A stretch of 64,000 nucleotides of DNA from Pecten maximus. Taxonomy: Eukaryota. Position 1 is the first letter of the stretch; every line of letters begins with the position of its first letter. The notes below the pieces were generated by a model. The model did no database searches and was not told the DNA's origin. It saw nothing but the letters and a program-made list of their open reading frames with translations. Below are positions 55,201 to 61,200 of this stretch, piece by piece. A program made the translations under genes and the position numbers. The DNA is taken from positions 41,106,001-41,170,000 of the forward strand of contig NC_047015.1 of assembly GCF_902652985.1 (NCBI RefSeq), in the 5' to 3' direction.

Positions 55201-58200
55201 GCCCAGAGGGAAAGTCTCTGCAATATTCCTAGTGTACAAGTCCTGTGTGAATACTGGAGCTGCAGGATTCCTGTTGACTGGTATTCTTACAACTGTAACC
55301 ACACGGTTGTTAGGGTAGAAAGTGTCAAAGGCAGCAACCCTCAGCTGTAAGGTAAACATTTGTTAGATACAATTTTCATATTGATATCACAGGATACCAG
55401 ACCTTTTATTCCCTTACAAAATTAACATTAGTTTGATCATTAACATATATCTGATTTTTATAAATTTATTTGTAAACAAATACATATTTATATACACAAG
55501 TTTTACAAATTTCATATTTTGTCTCAGATTTCTATTTGACTTTGTTGACTTTGTCTTTAAGATACCAAAAGCAACTGACTTTGCAGTTTTAAGTTCTGAA
55601 CATCATGGCAAATGTGTTATATTATTTCTGAAATTAGATATTAACTTGATTACCTCATAAACGCCAGTTTGCAAGCTGTCCGAGGTGACCAGTCTGCTTA
55701 CAGTTACAGCACCCGAAACCAAACCAACATCAAAGAAGGAAGGTGCCGGATAAGTCCCCTCAACAACATAGTTAATTGTTTCCTGAAACAGAGTAAATGA
55801 CATTATAAGTGTATCCACTGATGTTAGACTTTATCTCAAGGGAGTTAAGTGTATCCACTGATGTTAGACTTGATCTCACAGGAGTTAAGTGTATCCACTG
55901 ATGTTAGACTTTATCTCAAGGGAGTTAAGTGTATACACTGATGTTAGACTTTATCTCAAGGGAGTTAAGTGTATCCACTGATGTTAGACTTTATCTCAAG
56001 GGAGTTAAGTGTAGCCACTGATGTTAGACTTTATCTCACAGGAGTTAAGTGTATACACTGATGTTAGACTTTATCTCAAGGGAGTTAAGTGTAGCCACTG
56101 ATGTTAGACTTTATCTCACAGGAGTTAAGTGTATCCACTGATGTTAGACTTGATCTCACAGGAGTTAAGTGTATACACTGATGTTAGACTTTATCCCATG
56201 GGAGTTAAGTGTATACACTGATGTTTGACTTTATCTCACGGGAGTTAAGTGTATACACTGATGTTAGACTTTATCTCAAGGGAGTTAAGTGTATCCACTG
56301 ATGTTAGACTTTATCTCACGGGAGTTAAGTGTATCCACTGATGTTAGACTTTATCTCACGGGAGTTAAGTGTATCCACTGATGTTAGACTTTATCTCACA
56401 GGAGTTAAGTGTATACACTGATGTTAGACTTTATCTCACAGGAGTTAAGTGTATCCACTGATGTTAGACTTTATCTCACGGGAGATAAGTGTATACACTG
56501 ATGTTAGACTTTATCTCACGGGAGATAAGTGTATACACTGATGTTAGACTTTATCTCACGGGAGTTAAGTGTATCCACTGATGTTAGACTTTATCTCACG
56601 GGAGTTAAGTGTATACACTGATGTTTGACTTTATCTCACAGGAGTTAAGTGTATACACTGATGTTAGACTTTATCTCACAGGAGTTAAGTGTATACACTG
56701 ATGTTAGACTTTATCTCACAGGAGTTAAGTGTATACACTGATGTTAGACTTTATCTCACGGGAGTTAAGTGTATACACTTATGTTAGACTTTATCTCACG
56801 GGAGTTAAGTGTATCCACTGATGTTAGACTTTATCACACGGGAGTTAAGTGTATCCACTGATGTTAGACTTTATCTCACGGGAGTTAAGTGTATACACTG
56901 ATGTTAGACTTTATCTCACGGGAGTTAAGTGTATACACTGATGTTAGACTTTATCTCACGGGAGTTAAGTGTATACACTGATGTTAGACTTTATCTCACA
57001 GGAGTTAAGTGTATACACTGATGTTAGACTTGATCTCACAGGAGTTAAGTGTATACACTGATGTTAGACTTTATCTCACGGGAGTTAAGTGTATACACTG
57101 ATGTTAGACTTTATCTCACGGGAGTTAAGTGTATACACTGATGTTTGACTTTATCTCACAGGAGTTAAGTGTATACACTGATGTTAGACTTTATCTCAAG
57201 GGAGTTAAGTGTATACACTGATGTTAGACTTGATCTCACGGGAGTTAAGTGTATCCACTGATGTTTGACTTTATCTCACGGGAGTTAAGTGTATACACTG
57301 ATGTTAGACTTTATCCCATGGGAGTTAAGTGTATACACTGATGTTAGACTTTATCTCACGGGAGTTAAGTGTATCCACTGATGTTTGACTTTATCTCACG
57401 GGAGTTAAGTGTATACACTGATGTTAGACTTTATCTCACAGGAGTTAAGTGTATACACTGATGTTAGACTTTATCTCACGGGAGTTAAGTGTATACACTG
57501 ATGTTAGACTTTATCTCACGGGAGTTAAGTGTATACACTTATGTTAGACTTTATCTCACGGGAGTTAAGTGTATCCACTGATGTTAGACTTTATCACACG
57601 GGAGTTAAGTGTATCCACTGATGTTAGACTTTATCTCACGGGAGTTAAGTGTATACACTGATGTTAGACTTTATCTCACGGGAGTTAAGTGTATCCACTG
57701 ATGTTAGACTTGATCTCACGGGAGTTAAGTGTATCCACTGATGTTTGACTTTATCTCACAGGAGTTAAGTGTATACACTGATGTTAGACTTTATCTCAAG
57801 GGAGTTAAGTGTATACACTGATGTTTGACTTTATCTCACTGGAGTTAAGTGTATACACTGATGTTAGACTTTATCTCACGGGAGTTAAGTGTATCCACTG
57901 ATGTTAGACTTTATCTCAAGGGAGTAAATGACTTTGTCACAAAATATATATTTTCATTAAGTTTTGATGTTACTATTTATCTCAAAAAAGAAAGTTTTGA
58001 TGTTACTATTTATCTCAAAAAAAGAAACAAACTTGTTTATAAATACCTCTAAATCAGCATCAGTAGCCTCCACAGTGTCTATAAGTTCTCCAACTGGCAC
58101 CACTTGTGCTATCTGGCGGCCGTAGTTGTTACGAGTGTATAAAGGTGGGAAATTGTCGCGGTTGATATTGATGGTCGCAGTCACACTTGTGCATTGCTGT

Positions 58201-61200
58201 GGTACTCGCTGGTCACATGCCCTAATGGTGATCTGTAATATTCAGACAGTAAAATGTAAGCAATGATATATACAGTACAGGTGTGAAATACACAAGGATG
58301 GAAATATGCAGGCGTGAAATGTAAAAGTACGAAAAGATACAAATGTGAACATTATTACATTATATTTGATGGATTTCAAACATTTTTTCTCCAGAATGAT
58401 GATAGTACTATACCCTATCTAGCGCCTGAGTGCCTTCTGAGAGGAGCTTCTTCAGGGTGATCAGTCCAGTGACAGGGTTGATGTAGTAGTACTCCAGAGC
58501 AAGGCTGTTACCAGTTATATCAAACCGTATCTCATCCTGTAAGTACAAATCACAAAATTGTAACACTGAAGAATACTACAAATAATGTAGCTGTAATATA
58601 TATCACTTGGCTTGAGAGGAATTCTGCATTCATTGCACAACATTATAATCATGGCCTATTCTTTGAATTATTAATAAAAAAAAAATGAAATAACAATAAT
58701 AATTCCACTGTTTCTTTCTAAGTGATGTCATATTAAATCAGAAACAAGAACAAATGAATTGATAAAACAGTTGAAAATTTGGAATTTTGTAATACTTTCG
58801 GAAGTATAAAGGGAAATAACTCTAGCATAACTTATAACTGCACAATTAGCATATAGTACCTTATATCTAATCCAGAAATTACACGTCACACTTACCCCAT
58901 CAGCATCAGTTGCGTTAATGTCTACGATTAGCGAGCCAAGTGGTATGTGGTCGTAGACTGTCCGGTCATACGGAGTGTTTATAAATACTGGGGCATTCCC
59001 GTTGCGGCTCACAAATACAGGTACAGTGGCTGTAGCTTGGTTTTCAGGGTAGACACTGTCATACGCGATCACGTGCAGCTGTAAAAATAGTTTATGGTAG
59101 CGTCATATTAAATTCAAATGGCATTTAAATCAAATTCATCATGAGTGATCACAAGTTACAGCCAAATTAATGTGGACTTACTGTTATAGACACATTCAGA
59201 CATATCTGAACAATGGTCATGTGACCTTCATTTATTTGGGCATGTACTATGATTTATCCTTAGGTAAGTTTCATTCCCCTGGGGAAAAATTATGATACAT
59301 TTTCCCTTCTGACTAGATGACAGATAAGCATACTTTTGAGACTACACTCAATGGACTTACCTGATAATTCTGTTGTACATCTCGTAACAAAAGGTTCTGG
59401 TTCTGGACAGACAGATAAGCGGTTGTTTTGTTGATAGAAAAGAAGGTAGCTGCAATACTGTCATGGATCACATCATACATGATTTGTCCCTGTAGACAAA
59501 AAAAACAGTTATATCAGCTGTGAAGTGTGAAAACAGCAGCTATAGGCAGAGCAATAACATAATCAAAAACTAAAATGTCACAATTAAAAAAAAAAGAAGA
59601 ATTTTAACTAAAAATAATGAAATAAAATTTTACCCTCCTGTCAGAATCAGTGGCCAAAATATTCGTGTAGAATACAGTGTTATCCACAGTGTTTTCGTTG
59701 GTGATGGCACTATAGGGCGTGTTTTGGAATTCTGGCGCGAAATTGTCCCGTAATACGATGACATGGACACGAGCCTGGCTCGTCCTGGCAGGATTACCTT
59801 GGTCAGATGCTTGTACATTGAACTGTCAATAGTAGAAAAGTTAACATTACCATAAAACACAAATAAATGCTTGTTACAAATAAATGCTTGTTACAAATAA
59901 ATGTGTGTTATGAGCCTTTTTTAAAATTCAGTGGCAGAAAAATCCTTCTGGGGTATACAAATGTGTTTTTTTAAAATTACATAATAAATTTTATTTACAT
60001 AACAGTGTTGCTTCTTCAACTTCTTAAGAAGAAAGCGTTTCAACTTTGATAGCATTCATAGCTAACAGGTTATCAATCTCAACCCAACGGGTTTCTTAAA
60101 CTAAGCAATTAGGAAATGAATCGAACTTGCTGTTAATTGTTAAATATTAATGGAGTGTCAGGGTTGGGGGCCCCTAGGTGGTGTCCTCACCGATTATTAT
60201 CAAAGACTAAAGCAGTGTTCATACACAAAATGTAAAGCAATAAATGTGTACCAAGTATATTAGAACTGATAGCTTTAGATAAAGTGTTAGACGAGGATAG
60301 AAGTCTTATATGAGTAAGTTGAATACTTACAGAGTAGTTGGCAACATTGGTCGAGGTAAGGAGACCTTGTAGAGTAATGACGCCAGAGTCAGCATTTATA
60401 AAGAAGAAGGTTGTGTACGGGGTACCATCTACAATGCTGAACTTTATCTGGTCCTAAAAAAGAAAACAACATTTTTAGTTTTTTAAAAACACAAAAGATT
60501 GAAAAAAAGCAATTTGGATTGAGCTGTATTTAGCTAGTCAGGGAATGGTTTCTGTAACTTCTAGACTAACATCTGGACTAGACAAAATTTCTTGTAACAT
60601 ATCCCCACAAAAAACAGGCTAGGGTAATTTATACCACCAGAAACAGATTAGATTATCATACTTCCCTAGAGACAAAATGGGGTTATTAACAGAACAGGGT
60701 TATCATACTTCCCTGGGGACAGAACAGGGTTATCATACTTCCCTGGGGACAGAACTGGGTTGTCATACTTCACTGGTGACAGAACTGGGTTATCATACTC
60801 CCCTGGGGACAGAACAGGGTTATCATACTCCCCTGGGGACAGAACAGGGTTATCATACTCCCCTGGGGACAGAACAGGGTTATCATACTCCCCTGGGGAC
60901 AGAACTGGGTTATCATACATCCTGGGGACAGAACAGAGTTATAACTCAATGTACTTACATTATCTGCATCATTTGCAGTGACTTGCAAAACAGTTGTTCC
61001 AAGGTCACGTTTTTCCTCAATGGGGGTTTGATAAAAGGTTGGGTTGAACACAGGTGGAAACTCGTTCCTCGTTACGAAGACATTGACAGTGGTAAAAGCT
61101 GTCTGGGTGGTCACATCAAAAGACACAGCCTTCACAAGCAACTGAAGTGGAACAAATTATTATTATATAACTACATACCGAATCACAGTTCTATATCTGT

